This document shows positions 1 to 12,249 of a DNA stretch of 64,000 nucleotides, one piece after another. A model generated the notes under the pieces. That model was given only the letters and a program-made list of their open reading frames with translations, was not told the origin of the DNA and did no database searches. The translations under genes were made by a program, and so were the position numbers. Each line of letters begins with the position of its first letter. The first letter of the stretch is position 1. This DNA comes from Phallusia mammillata (Eukaryota): positions 26,474,001 through 26,538,000 of the forward strand of contig OZ281498.1 in assembly GCA_965637545.1 (NCBI GenBank), read 5' to 3'.

Positions 1-1
1 T

Positions 2-166
2 GCCGTTGTGACGCAGCAGTTTAATCCTAGTCTCATGCAAGGAAACGCAGCCTCTAGTGTGGCGATGGACCTCTCTGATTCGCTCAATCTGTCTGTCAAT
101 CAAAATCACCAGGGCGGGGTTACAAGCGTGATGACCGGTTACCATGCAGGCATTGGACTTTCCTAA
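2..166 (+). CDS. Possible 3' end of a protein-coding exon running in from the left edge (AVVTQQFNPSLMQGNAASS...GYHAGIGLS*)
   Basis: Stop-free frame from base 2 to TAA at 164-166 with higher GC, followed by AT-rich UTR-like sequence containing AATAAA. No recognisable domain. Confidence 0.4.
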   Translation, partial: AVVTQQFNPSLMQGNAASSVAMDLSDSLNLSVNQNHQGGVTSVMTGYHAGIGLS

Positions 167-2531
167 CTTTCCTAGTTTTTATTTTTCCCCTAGATTAAAT
201 CGTTTTTCTCCCGTGAAAGATTTTTGCGCTTGTTATAGTTTGGTGGTTAGAGTTTTATCGTTGTTGGATCGAGTTTCTTTTCACGTTATAGCGACTTGCC
301 TCCCGCTTTTTGTGGCGAATTCTTTTATCCAAGGCATCTTGCCCCAAACTTTGCGTATTTTATCGCAAAGCGCTTGTTTATGCAAAAGCCCGCAGCTTTT
401 AGCTTTTATGCAGCATGCTTTTGACCGCGAGTAACCTCGACGGCGGTGAACTCTTCTGTACGGGGTCAACGACCTTCTGTAACCTTTTATCAGCTCGTTT
501 TTAGCATCGAATAAACAGCAGCCTGTTTTTTTGCGCAACATCCTTCTATGAAGTCATAGTGTTCGATTGAAAGCCATAATCTGTACATTGTTGTGTCAAA
601 CACAATGCTCTGTGTGACGTTACAACGGCATCCTGCCTACCATGCTCATTTTTTGTTTATTTATTTAATTACTTCGTACTTTTGTAGTGTGCAGCATGTA
701 ACTGTGTTCGTCACGTACTTCTGTTTTTTTTTACTGGGGACCTGTTTTTGGCGGGAACCTCTGTGATTGGTCAAATTTTTAACCAATCGAGATCACGATA
801 CAGTCGCTCAGGTGCGCAGCATAGTGTCCATACTGTGAACAATAAAACCGTTCGAACACCTGCTAATGACCTTTATGACGTCAGCAAACGAATAAACGCC
901 GATTGTGAACACGAAGTGAAATTTCCTTGTATTTATTATGATCACTATTTTCTTGCATGTATTTTTTGTTTGTGATTCTTTTCAACCAAAAACTTTTGAG
1001 TTCTTGTCGATATATGACGTCATCGATCAGGTACGTGTTTATGACGTCATGTGTGTGACGTCATGGACCGTGTTCCATCTTCAAAGATATAAATCCTTTT
1101 TTATCCGACTCGAGTGCTTCATCAACCCCTGCGTGCTACGTAATACATTAATGACGTACTCGCATTATGACGTCTGGCTGTGACGTAACAAACTGTGTAG
1201 TGTGACGTTTTATCGCGTGTGTGCCCATAGTAATAATATATCAATATTTAGCGGCTGTACTTTTTGGATTGTTGTCGTTGTTTTCACTTTGGTTGGTGCC
1301 TCTTAGTAGAGGGAGTTGACTCGATCGTTGTGTGTCTAGCGAACAAATTCTGGATTCGTGCATTTTCTCTATGCATATGTACATAAACAACATATTGGTC
1401 GGCAATAAAATGCATGCGTGATTGGGAATTGGTTTGAGTAAAGTGATTTATAGATTGGGTGATACAGCTAATATCAAGAACTGTTTGTCAAATATGGCAA
1501 CTAAGAAACCGCACTGGTGTTTTCCGTGTACGCTGTTTTATTTGGTGAACAGAACTTCGGGTTCAACCACCGTTGTAGGTAACCGCCTGTCTTATAAAAC
1601 ATACCTAATACATTGTAAGCATCATTCAAATAACCGAAAACTTGACTCGATAATTGTGGTTGTCGTCAATCGCATAAATTGCTAGTTGCACTGAAAAAGT
1701 GCAGCGATACAAGCCTACATTTAAAATATCAGATCAACGTTATATTTTTACGATTTTGATTGAACGTGATTTAAAGGTGAGGTAGGAGGCAAAACCTGTG
1801 AAAATTGAACATTTCAGCAACAAGCCACTCCAAATCGGGCAACTAAAAACATTGTTAGGCTTCAAACAGGAAAAAGCGTAAGCCTATCTTTAGTTCAAAC
1901 ATAGGTTTTTCAAAACGGTATGTAGAAATCTAAATCAAACAGAAACTAGAAAATGGACAATACAGATTGAATTTTATCAAATATATCAATACCTAAAGAC
2001 AAAACAAAGAAGTTTTTAAAACCAAAACTCGACAGTAATGATTTTTAAACATATAACATTTCTATGAGCACAGAATTATGACGACATTGGATTCTTAAAA
2101 TACTCTCAAAATAGGGAAAACACCGTTCGGTGCTATTAACTATTAATCAACGGCAGAGTATGAGGCAATGAGCTGGAATAAGTCCAATTAAGTTGGAGCG
2201 AAAACCGTGTCTTGTTGTTACGTCGCTCTCTTATCTTTGATAGCAGCCACGCCCGTTTGGCTAGCGTTCAGTCAGTGGCAGGTTTTCTTGCAGGTTCCGC
2301 TAGGGAAAGCGATTTTTAGATGTTTAGTTTAGTTTCTCTTTTTTCCTGGAAGCCGCCATCGTCAAATGTCAGCCATTTTCAGTGCAGTATTCGCTATGCA
2401 AGACTGCTTAGATCTGATTTGCTGCATTTAGAATCTGTTGCGAAAATACTTGACCAAGTCAGCCAATAAAGATCTATGACGTTGTTAATACGTACCACAT
2501 TTTGAAACTAACGCTTTGTTTCGTTTTTGCA

Positions 2532-5500
2532 GATTTATCAAAAAAAGGAGCGGATGAGAGAAAGTCGAGAAAAATGTGATCACTTTCTAACTTGCTTTTG
2601 TTTTTGCAGGTTTTATGATATTTGTGCTTTACTGGCTGTTCGTTCAGGAAATATTACCAGGTACCATCTTGTGCTCTGTAGTTATTTTTGTGATCTCTAA
2701 TTGCATGATTTTTGTATTCTACAGATTTCACAAGCCAGTAAAGCATAAAAAAGGGACATATAGTACTTACAATTCAAAAGTCATTTAAGATTATTGTTAT
2801 TGGTTTTCAGTATTGTATGATGTACAAAAGTGGATTTTGAACGTTTAATAATTTTATGTGAGTATTTATATATTTTCTATCATTATAATTCATATAACTT
2901 CTTTTTTTTGAATGGAATTTATTTGACATAAAACAAAAAGCCAAAGCTTGTCTGAAATAATAACAACATGTTTGTTTATGGTAAACACTGCATGCAAGTG
3001 CTTTTGTTTTCCTTTAAATATTTTGTTTAAATGCAGATCACACATTTTTTTGGAAGTAAAATGGTTTTGTCCGCAGTCTTTTATAACCATATTAGAGTAT
3101 GTTTTGACCAAAATGAAAATTAAAACCTGTTCCAAAACATAGCAGCACAGTTTTAAGGTAAGCACTTCACACAAATGATTTGGTCGTCCACATTTTGATT
3201 TTGTTACATGTTGTTTTGCAGTGATTGCGATGTACACGAAAATAATAGGACAGCTGATGCAACAAATTCCTTTTAGCTGGATGAAATTAGCAAAGCAGGA
3301 ACAAACAAATTTCATACGAAACAACATGTGATATAAGAAAGTATTTGGTAAGAGTTTGATACCAAATGTACACGACATTAGCTTTGAAAGCAGCTTTTGG
3401 TAAGTTTCTTTTCAAAATGACCTCATCGTATGTTTAAACGCTTACTACTTGTTCTGATTTCACAGACAAAACGGACTTGCAGTTTCCAAAAGTCTAGCTT
3501 TCTCTTCTACTACCAAATACAAATTCAAAGCTTTTTCACATGTTCTCCTTCAATTTTAGTCGATGGAGGTCACGGACTTTCACATTTAATTTAGCAGCAC
3601 AAAGCAAAGTTTGGAGGTAAATTTACAGTGTGTGAAAAACGCTTTTCCACTTTAGATCTTGTGGTTCGTTTTTACAAAGTTGTAAATCAGCCCTTTTAGT
3701 AACTATTGATTGTCTCCATTGATGCTGTGACTGATCTTCTGATTATATTCCTAAAGTGAGTGTGACGTCATAATGCTTTGATGCAGTTTTCAGTTCAAAG
3801 CTGTTTGTTTTCTGTCTTTATTTAGACCCAAAGACTGTTGACTATCAACCTTACAAGACTGTCTGTGGACAAAGATTTTTGTTGTTATTACAGAAGTTAA
3901 TGAAGGACAAAGAGTTAAATAGCCGAATAATGACAAATACATGCAAAAATGTGTTTACTTAAAATTATACAATATTTTCAAATCACTTTTCAGGAACGTG
4001 CATGCAAAGTACAGCTGTTGGTACACAACCATAATCACAATCCCATGGTTCAGATCGGACAAGCCTTCTACGTCTTACACATCAGCTTACTGCACTACAA
4101 CTGCACAATTACTGGTTAGTGCACATTTGTAAACTTCTCCTGGATGTGTTTATATCGCAGATTAGGAACATCCAATAGATTTCATTCCACGACAACTTTC
4201 ACGGTTTTCGGGAAGAAAATAAGCGTAAACGACATTTAAGTGAACTAGTATGCTTTTCCTGGCAGACTTATACAAAACCTCCCTCCGGGCCACATCGTAA
4301 CGATACTCCGCAATCAAAATCATGTCATCCTTCTACCCATCATAACAAGGGAAAAACAAGTTTGGCTTTATTGTTATTCTTTGCGTAAAAACACTGACAT
4401 ATAATTTGTGATTTATATCAATACTTCTCCAATTGAACAAGACACCCGCAATAATTGTTTTTCAAAACTACCATTTATATTGAACTTTGCTGTTTAAAGC
4501 AAGTTCTCAAATTAACCCAACTACGCATGCGGCCAATCTCATATTATCTCCAGATCCCAAATCTTTACAAAAACAACTCAGATTCACCAAAACTCTTGCA
4601 TTTTTTTTGATTTTCAGCGCTGCCGCTGCGTGCTTTAAGTCGGTGCGCCGCAATTTTGTTTTATATGCCTTTAATTTTTTTAAAGGCAAGAGTTTTGGTA
4701 AAACTCTGGACTGTGATGATTTTAAAAGCCTTATATGGGAGTCGATAATTTTGAAAGGCTACTATAAAAACTTTAATAATCTACAAATTATTGCAAAATT
4801 TTTGATGGTAGATTTATGATAAAGCCCGAACTTGTGATACGTTTGCATCGAGTATCGCTTGACATATCGCCGCCCGACAATAGTTATTTAACGGAGCGGT
4901 ATATTAGGAACAATACTTAAATAAATACTGATAAACTGATAAGTTAAATGACGAATATAACGGGCAAAAACCGAGGTTCAGCATATAGCCACGCTTATTT
5001 CTTCGTCAATCATAACTTTGCATTTAAAACTCTTTACGTTTTTCTGTATCTTCGCACAAACGGTTTGCAGTAGTGCGAAAAAAATGGCCAAAAATATCTA
5101 TTTGAATTTTGTACTAAAGATGACAGACGATTTATCTTCAGAAATTGGTAAATGACATCTGACTTTATTAAGTTCACTGGCTACTCAATGCTTAATGTAG
5201 GGATTATTTAAACACTGTTAAACGCGTTCACGTTTTGGTGGCGCTGAAAGGTGGCAAATTTAAATTCGAAAATTGCCTACTTAATTGAGCCATCTCACAC
5301 GCAACAATGCTCGTTGAACGACGAAAACAATCGTGCCGCTGCCTAGCAACCGATTGTATCATAATCCTGGAATGCAAAACACAGACAACACAAAACGCTG
5401 GTGCACTAAGAAATATCTGATAACAGTGTTTGCAATAACATTGCATCATAGTGACAATGGAAAAACATCGTAAAATTTGTGTTTTTTTACGGGAACTGAA

Positions 5501-6924
5501 ATTTACCTTTGCCCTCATCCAGGAAAAAACAATAAAGCGGACATAGTTGATAATAAGTATTGTAGCGTGCACAGAATTAACAGAATCACAGAATTTCTAG
5601 TCTATTAAGTTTGCTGATTGTACAAATGTATCAATTCAACATTTTTTGCTTTTTCCAGTTGAAGGGGCGTGTCGCAAGAGTAGTGAAAAAAGACATGAAG
5701 AAACTGATTGTCAAGAAAGGCCGTGGCCGCTATAAGAAATACAGCAAAGGCCGAATTCTGGCTTTCAACCTTTTCCGATTATCGCAGTATTACGAGCAAC
5801 TCATACACAACATAACCGGGGTAAATTTATAAATTGATGTTTTGATTGGCAGATATGTTTTGTTGCCGTTTGTAGTTTGAATCCTAATGTTAGTTAAATG
5901 TACTGGTTGGTTTGTTTTTGTATGTGAAAAAATATGGAAATTGGACGCTTTCGAATAGGTATATTTTTAGGCTATCTTAATAACTTTACTGTAGAAATAC
6001 ATTTTTTTGCTAAAGCACTTTTTTTAATCAGTAGTTATTATAACTAATGCTTTCAAAAAGTTTTTTAGAAGTTTTTGCTCAGATATTTTACCTTTTCTTG
6101 GTCTAGTTTTATTTTACTGTAATTTTTTTTCCTGGCTAACTTGGAACAAATTTGTTTGCAGAACAAGCAGATAGACTGCACCGTACGAAAGCCCAAGCTG
6201 GTCTTGGACACAACGAAGGAAGGAGCGGTAAGAAAACTTGTCTTTTGTTAATTACAATTTATTAAAGCAAGCTAACGGTTTACAAAACAAATAATTGGAA
6301 AAAAATTCTTCCTAATTACCACAGAAACATGTTTTGAAGATTTTGTTAACCGCAAAATTGTTTTGTTGCAGAACGCTAGGTCATGGGATTCCCCAAACCC
6401 AGTTTTCATTTACTTGCACCATTCCCTTACCACGTTAGCAACCTAATGAACAGTAGATGCGCAACATATTTTTATTAACCGCAAAATTCTAATTTGAGGT
6501 CAAGTCAGATAGCCGTTAAGGAGCGTATACGTCGTATATACATTTCATTGCTATCGCTTCTGCAACCGCCAAATAAAATCTACCCAACAAAACGGAATGA
6601 AAAGCACCAAATACGGGAATGCTATGAAACTTGTACTTTAAACTTAAAAATGGAATCTCCGCGCTCGTTGTTTGGTGGATGAAGGCTATAATAAACCTTG
6701 TACTTATTGATTTAAGTTTAGCATGCTAGGGGAACTTGTGTATATTAAATAGATTTATTTAATACAATGAAATTTGTTGTCACTTGCAGACGTGTAAATA
6801 GACAGTAGTTACCGATGACTGCTTGCAAAACCTCAAAATGTACGCTGACGATTTGTTTAATACTTTACTCAACGTGGGACAAAAAAAGAAAGAAGTACAG
6901 AAACAAATAAGGAAAGATGAAAAG
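2532..6924 (+). other. Putative spliced transcript or decayed gene with no coherent ORF
   Basis: Several small segments bounded by pyrimidine-tract-CAG acceptors and GT donors, e.g. 2611-2660, 3993-4114, 5659-5820, 6162-6228 and about 6791-6924. The phase joins I tried hit stop codons. Confidence 0.3.
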
Positions 6925-8004
6925 GTGAGTCAAAGTTGAACTTGCAAAGTAAAATTAAGTTTATTTTCACACTGGATCGTCAAATTCAACTTTTAAGCAA
7001 GCAAAACGAATATGTAAGCTAAATTATAATTTTACTGCTGTAATATTTAAATCAAAACAGACCTAAAAGGAGTAACTGGGGAAGTAACTAAATGTAAGCA
7101 ATTTTAAAATATCTTGCTTGAACAGCAGTGGCTCGAAAAAAAACAACAGTTTACTCTGTGGCTTCGAATCTGTATGCACTGTCTACAGCTTCTATTTACA
7201 AAATCCTAATTGCAACACTACTTTACTCTGGGATATATTTTTTTATTCTAAAGAATATTAAACTCCATTCATTATTTTATTTCGTAGTTTTGCTGACAGT
7301 TTCAAAAAAAATGTTTTGCAGAATCTGAATAAATTCAAAGAGCAATACGCAAAACGGCTTCAAGGTGTCAGTAGCTCTACCAACTTACATGTGATAAATT
7401 GCCGATGCGTTAAGTGCCGGATACCATGCGAATTGCAACGACGAGGAATGTGACGTCACGCACATCGCGCAAAAAATCCAATAAATTAGGCCTGAAGTAA
7501 ACCTGCTTAACGTATGATAAAAACCACGTGGCGTGTCAGAGTTAAACAGCAAGTCGGTTTAAATCTTATCAGCTTAAATGTCAGCTAATGAATTTGAAGT
7601 GATATCAAAATGAAAAACGTCAGCAACAGAAAAACTAAAAAACAAAGTCACAGGTTGGAGTTTGAAGCAATTAAAATTGTTGAAGGGAAATAAAAAAAGC
7701 ATATAACAGAGTAACGGCAACGTACAGTTCCAACTTTCACAGCAGGTTTGATTTTTAAAATATTTATGTTCTACCAAGAAACAGAAAGCGGAAACTGATT
7801 TGCTGTAAACTATCAAAAATATATTATCAGCTTTTGTCATTTTTTCTTCTATATTCCAGCATGGCGCGTTTTATTACAGATAGAATGCGCACAAATTACG
7901 TCACAACACGACACGTGCCTATTTCAACGAACGTTGCTCCAGGAAAATCAATTGAAGTTTTTCTCTGCATTTTTGACGAGACTTGCTGATTACTTGTATC
8001 AGCT

Positions 8005-8065
8005 CTGTGATTGGTCGGTTTTCGGGCGCGGGAGTGACGTTTGAGAAGGAAACGCTATGATTGGT
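8005..8065 (+). promoter_or_regulatory. CCAAT-box (ATTGG) / CRE-like promoter of spliced unit A
   Basis: TGATTGGTCGG twice, a GC-rich spacer and TGACGT, immediately upstream of exon 1. The paralogous unit B has a similar ATTGG/CCAAT cluster at about 15240-15415. Confidence 0.45.
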
Positions 8066-10093
8066 CGAAAAAAAAGAAAAAAATGAGACAACTTGTTCGA
8101 TCTGTCATTCCTTTTGATCATCTCGTGGTGAAGGTAGCTGTGTCGATGAGACGACTCACCAATTGAGAATAAACAGGTAATTTGCGAGTTGTAAATTAAC
8201 TAGCCTGGTATTTGTGCAGAATAAACTCGGGTGCACACTTGTTGACTTCTGTGCATATACCAGAATAACATTTACCAGAATATGTTTGACTTATCTATCA
8301 AATACACGATATTGCTGCTGGAGCCTATGTTTCAGGTCGTCGGATGGTTTCAATCGCTTCAGAGAAACATCTACCACAGCGAAGAAGAATTACTTTATGA
8401 AACTTCCTAAAATAGGCGAGTAAATAAATTGAGTTGAGTTGAGTTGAGTTTATTTCGCTTGGTGAAAAAAAAACATAGCGACACAATTGCACTAAAGACA
8501 ATCACCAAGCCGGAAATAGCTGCGCAACGTTAAGACGTTATGGGGCGCAAAAAAGTGGAGGGCACAATTGGTGGATCATGATTAAACGCGCTGCAGCTAC
8601 ACCGTATTATAAAGCGTTATGTGGCAGGAGCTCACCAGAAAGTGAGTTAGGCGCACTGTGAGTATAACACGACTGGGGGGGGAACGTTGGTGGGACCAGT
8701 CGAGGGGGCCCTAGAAATGATTGAAGTTTATTTACTTATCTATATTTTTGGCGTTAAATGGTAATAGTTTGTATGTCCAAGTGTTGGCAGTATAAAGTGC
8801 ACTTATTCTGTCTTCGCATGTTGGCATAGTTAAATATTTCATAAACTATAGTTTACATGTTGCCTTGAATTCCAAATACTGCTTCTGCTTTGTTTTGCAG
8901 GGATTGGATTTCCGGCGGAAGCGTAACAAAGATGGGGGAACTTTCGGCTTCAAGTTAAGTTGTTTTAACACTTATATAATGCTAGGTTACCTAAAATTTT
9001 ATTTGCTGCATACACTGACGACTCATAATAGTTTGCAGAAAGTTAGTAAGAGTTTTAGGCAGAAGTGTTTAGAATGAGCGTCAAATATGCTATACATCAA
9101 AATTTAAAACAATTTACAGTTTCAATGCTGGTACATCCATGTTTATATTTACTCAAATGGTTTTGGTTTCAGATCATGACGTGACTAAGGTTTAAAGACT
9201 TCTAAATCTGAACATGACAGAAATCGCACTGAAGCTTTAATGTAAGTAAACTATAAATAGAAAACACGAGCGTTGTGAAGTTAAACATAGATTAGAATTT
9301 AAACTATCATTTATACCGTTGCTTCAACGAACAGCAAACCCGGGGTGTTGCATGATGTTTGTGCATGTTACATTGTTTTGCATGTCACGTGTGTTTGTGA
9401 GCTGCTATTCAGTTGTCAGCATCGGTAGAATTGATTAAAATTGCGCCATTCCTTTTTGGACATGTTTAACAGAATGCGATTGAGATATTAGCTTTCTATT
9501 ATATTAGTTTTAGGTTTTTTTTTATCAAACCAGAATGCTGTTGTTAGTTTTGTTGCAGACGTTCGAAGCAGCGGTCGAGCATCGGAAACAACTGCGGTGA
9601 CAAAGGTTGTGGAGAAACCCTGATCGGATCAACGTAATTGAAGCACAACATTCCAAATGTAAGTGTTTATCTTACCTAGTTATGTTACTTTTGAAGGTCG
9701 CTGGTCGCGTCAATTAAATCTAATAACTATATGATTCTATTTAAATAAGACGGAAATGCTCATGCCCTTCAATAGGCGAATGAATAAAACTTGCTACAAA
9801 AGTTATGTTATATTTTGTTTATATGCCACTGGCCGCGCACTTACCATTTATATACTTGTTTTTTTAGTCACTTCGATAACATCAGGAGAAACAACTGGGA
9901 AACATTGGTGGGACTTCGCGTGGATAGGATCCTTCAACTGGATAGGAATGACGCAATCAGCGATCGATGACGTCATCGTGCACTTTCGGTTTAACCTTCG
10001 CATGGTCATGATCCTATCGCATGTAGATGACCGTGATGACGAAACCTGCGATCGATGACGTCATCGTGTACTTTGTATTTGTCCACTAATAAA
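8040..10093 (+). ncRNA. Multi-exon putative lncRNA, unit A (paralog of unit B)
   Basis: Exons about 8040-8176, 8336-8415 (GC donor AG|GCGAGT), 8901-about 8958, 9173-9241, 9559-9658 and 9868-end. AATAAA at 10088-10093. Every ATG checked closes within about 30 codons. Confidence 0.5.
8430..8530 (-). mobile_element. LINE/SINE-like 3' tail (L2/CR1 style) in intron 2 of unit A
   Basis: On the minus strand, a CTTGGTGA...TCACCAAG stem is followed by AATAAA and an (ACTCA)n tail. Confidence 0.4.
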
Positions 10094-10722
10094 CAATCTT
10101 TCATACACGTTATATTTGGTACACTTCAAATACACATCAGCATTGTTTATCAGTTTGCGTGTGTAATATTTTGTACCAACGGTTTTATTCTGCTTTAACG
10201 CCTCTGAGCATCGTCCAAACTTTATTCTCTTATATGAATTGTTGTATATTTATATGAGCACAATCCATTTTTAGTCCTGCTTGTGTTGCTGCGAAACAAA
10301 TTTTCCTGATAACATATGTTATAGCTACATCTAATACACAGAATGATTTTTTTAACAAATAATTTCCCATAATTTTCACGATATTTCGTTCTACGTCGCT
10401 TTCGTATTTCCCTTGCTCACAACATTTTATTATTGTTAGAAAGTTCCACCCTTTTGGTCTTTGAAAATTTGCAATTTTGTCCCACGAATCTTAAAATAAA
10501 TAACATATCTCCGTTCCCCAGTAAACTTCTAAATCGTCCATTTAACGTCTGTCCTTTAGTTTGTCGTAGTAGTACCTTTTTTGCCTAACCATGTGTGTGA
10601 AACTTGTTCTTTGTTTACTTCAATAATACTAAATAATACGTTTTATTTCGATTCGGTGTGTTGTTTTTTTAGGTAAACCACCAATCAGAGCAACATCGCA
10701 AAACAGAAGAGAATTAGTTTAC

Positions 10723-10830
10723 AAAAAAATTAACCTTGGGTTGTGAGGATTCGAAGGCTTCGCGAGATTCGATCCCATGACTCACTGCTTTCTACCATTT
10801 GCTGCAAACCACTACACTAGCAACCTGCTT
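10723..10830 (-). ncRNA. tRNA-like Pol III (type 2) module 1
   Basis: A-box TAGTGTAGTGG (10819-10809), B-box-like GGATCGAATC (10775-10766), T7 terminator at 10729-10723 and TATAAAAA about 30 nt upstream. No cloverleaf. Confidence 0.5.
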
Positions 10831-10927
10831 GTTGTATATTGAATGATTCTTTTTATAACTCTAGAAGCGCAGTAAAAAACGCTCTGGTACTACAACATAT
10901 AAGGACCACTGAAAGGTGGTGTGGTCG

Positions 10928-11131
10928 TCACCAGCCGTGGTGTAGAGGTTGGTTCCTTGCTTCTCAATCCTCTCACCACTGTTCGAACCCCGGTAAAGAC
11001 AAACTCTGCCACGGTAACCGATAACACACTTTGGGTTCGAACGTTGCCCCTCTGATAGAACTCTGTGGTGATCCTTCTTGGTTGAAGTCTCTCTCCGTTG
11101 TAACAATCTCATCTCCCGCTTCCCAGTTTTT
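10928..11131 (+). ncRNA. tRNA-like Pol III module 2 (two B-boxes)
   Basis: A-box TGGTGTAGAGG 10938-10948, B-box GTTCGAACCC 10981-10990, second B-box GGGTTCGAACG 11033-11043, T5 at 11127-11131 and upstream ATATAA at about 10897. Confidence 0.55.
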
Positions 11132-11409
11132 CCCCTTCTCAATGTGTGTCACTCCACTCTCAAACCTTAAGACCGTACACCTATTTAAATGAGATCACAA
11201 TTAAAAGGTAATTTTGTACTTTTTTGGAAAACCGCCCAATTTAATACAACAAAAAAGTGGGGAATGTTGTACAGTAGTATTTTTAGACACTTTTGGGGGG
11301 CTTGAGAGGTGGAGGGCCCTTCGGGCCCTGCTTGCGCCGAAGGCGCAAGCCCTTTGTACGGAGGAGGTTGAGGGTTCTTCACATCACTTGGGGGGGGGGG
11401 GGGATCGAT

Positions 11410-11478
11410 GGCTTCGATTCGAACCATTGGCGTCGAACCGGCGCTTTTTCTATTTACCCACTACACCGCGCAAGCGCC
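11410..11478 (-). ncRNA. tRNA-like Pol III module 3
   Basis: A-box CGGTGTAGTGG (11468-11458), B-boxes GGTTCGACGC (11439-11430) and GGTTCGAATC (11425-11416). Confidence 0.5.
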
Positions 11479-11544
11479 CTTCGGTCAAAGGGCTAAACTG
11501 ACTTATGACTTGTTCTTTTCGTCGATTCTTATATCATCAAACAA

Positions 11545-11850
11545 AATATTTCTGCGTTTGAACGATCAGCGTGAGGTTCGTTAGCTTGTGGGGGGCATGG
11601 AAGCCAGTCAGGGGGATTGGGGGCACTCATGGAAATGGGTTAGGGCCATGGGGTGGCTTAGAGAGTGTTGAGATCAGAGCGGGGAGAGACCTCAATCAAG
11701 GAGGGTCACCAGTGAGTTTTATCAGAGGGGCAACGTTCGAACCCGAAGTGTGTTATCGGTTACCGGGGCAGAGTTTATCTTTACCGGGGTTCGAACAGTG
11801 GTGAGAGGATTGAGAAGCAAGGAACTAACCTCTACACCACGGCTGGTGAC
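11545..11850 (-). ncRNA. tRNA-like Pol III module 4 (inverted copy of module 2)
   Basis: A-box TGGTGTAGAGG (11839-11829), B-boxes at 11796-11787 and 11744-11734. Confidence 0.55.
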
Positions 11851-11905
11851 GAGAAACCCAGCTTTAAGTGGTCCTTATATGTTTTTTTGGTTCTAGGGTT
11901 CAGCC

Positions 11906-12000
11906 AAAAACTAAGCAGTGATGTAGCTTTTGGAATTCGAACCCAAACCTCCAGCATATGAGGACAGGATCTTCACCGCTACACCACGAGAGGTGACGGC
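11906..12000 (-). ncRNA. tRNA-like Pol III module 5
   Basis: A-box TGGTGTAGCGG (11986-11976), T-arm-like TTGGG-TTCGAAT-TCCAA and T5 at 11910-11906. The 5' flank CGTCACC...CG is shared with modules 2 and 4. No acceptor or anticodon stem. Confidence 0.55.
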
Positions 12001-12249
12001 AAACCCACCCAAAAATGATACATTTGTGAGTTAGACGATTCCTTCCCGAAAAAAATAACAAATTTTGGGAGAGGGTTAGAACTACAAACCATAAGTTCTA
12101 TCGACCAAGCAGCTTACCATTAGACCACAATGGACACGAAATCGCAGGGCGGGTTTCCTTAATGTTATCGATTTTCTTTTCTTACCTATTATTGTCTTAA
12201 TTTTTGGACACACAGACCATACATGCAGACGATTTTTTGGTGGTTGGGC

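Larger units (their letters stand above)
10890..11885. repeat. Inverted repeat: arms about 10890-11125 and about 11670-11885, spacer about 540 bp
   Basis: The reverse complement of 11670-11885 aligns to 10890-11125 at roughly 85-90% by eye (shared CATATAAGGACCACT...CGTCACCAGCCGTGGTGTAGAGG...GTTCGAACCCCGGTAAAGA...GGTTCGAACGTTGCCCCTCTGATA). Confidence 0.9.

Noticed and set aside
281-541. Basic 86-aa minus-strand ORF
   Set aside because: No domain or splice context; it lies antisense to a probable 3' UTR.
11185-11804. GC-rich ORFs (11185-11427, 11214-11501, 11293-11496, 11571-11804)
   Set aside because: They are by-products of GC-rich hairpins and poly-G with few stop codons, and show no domain.
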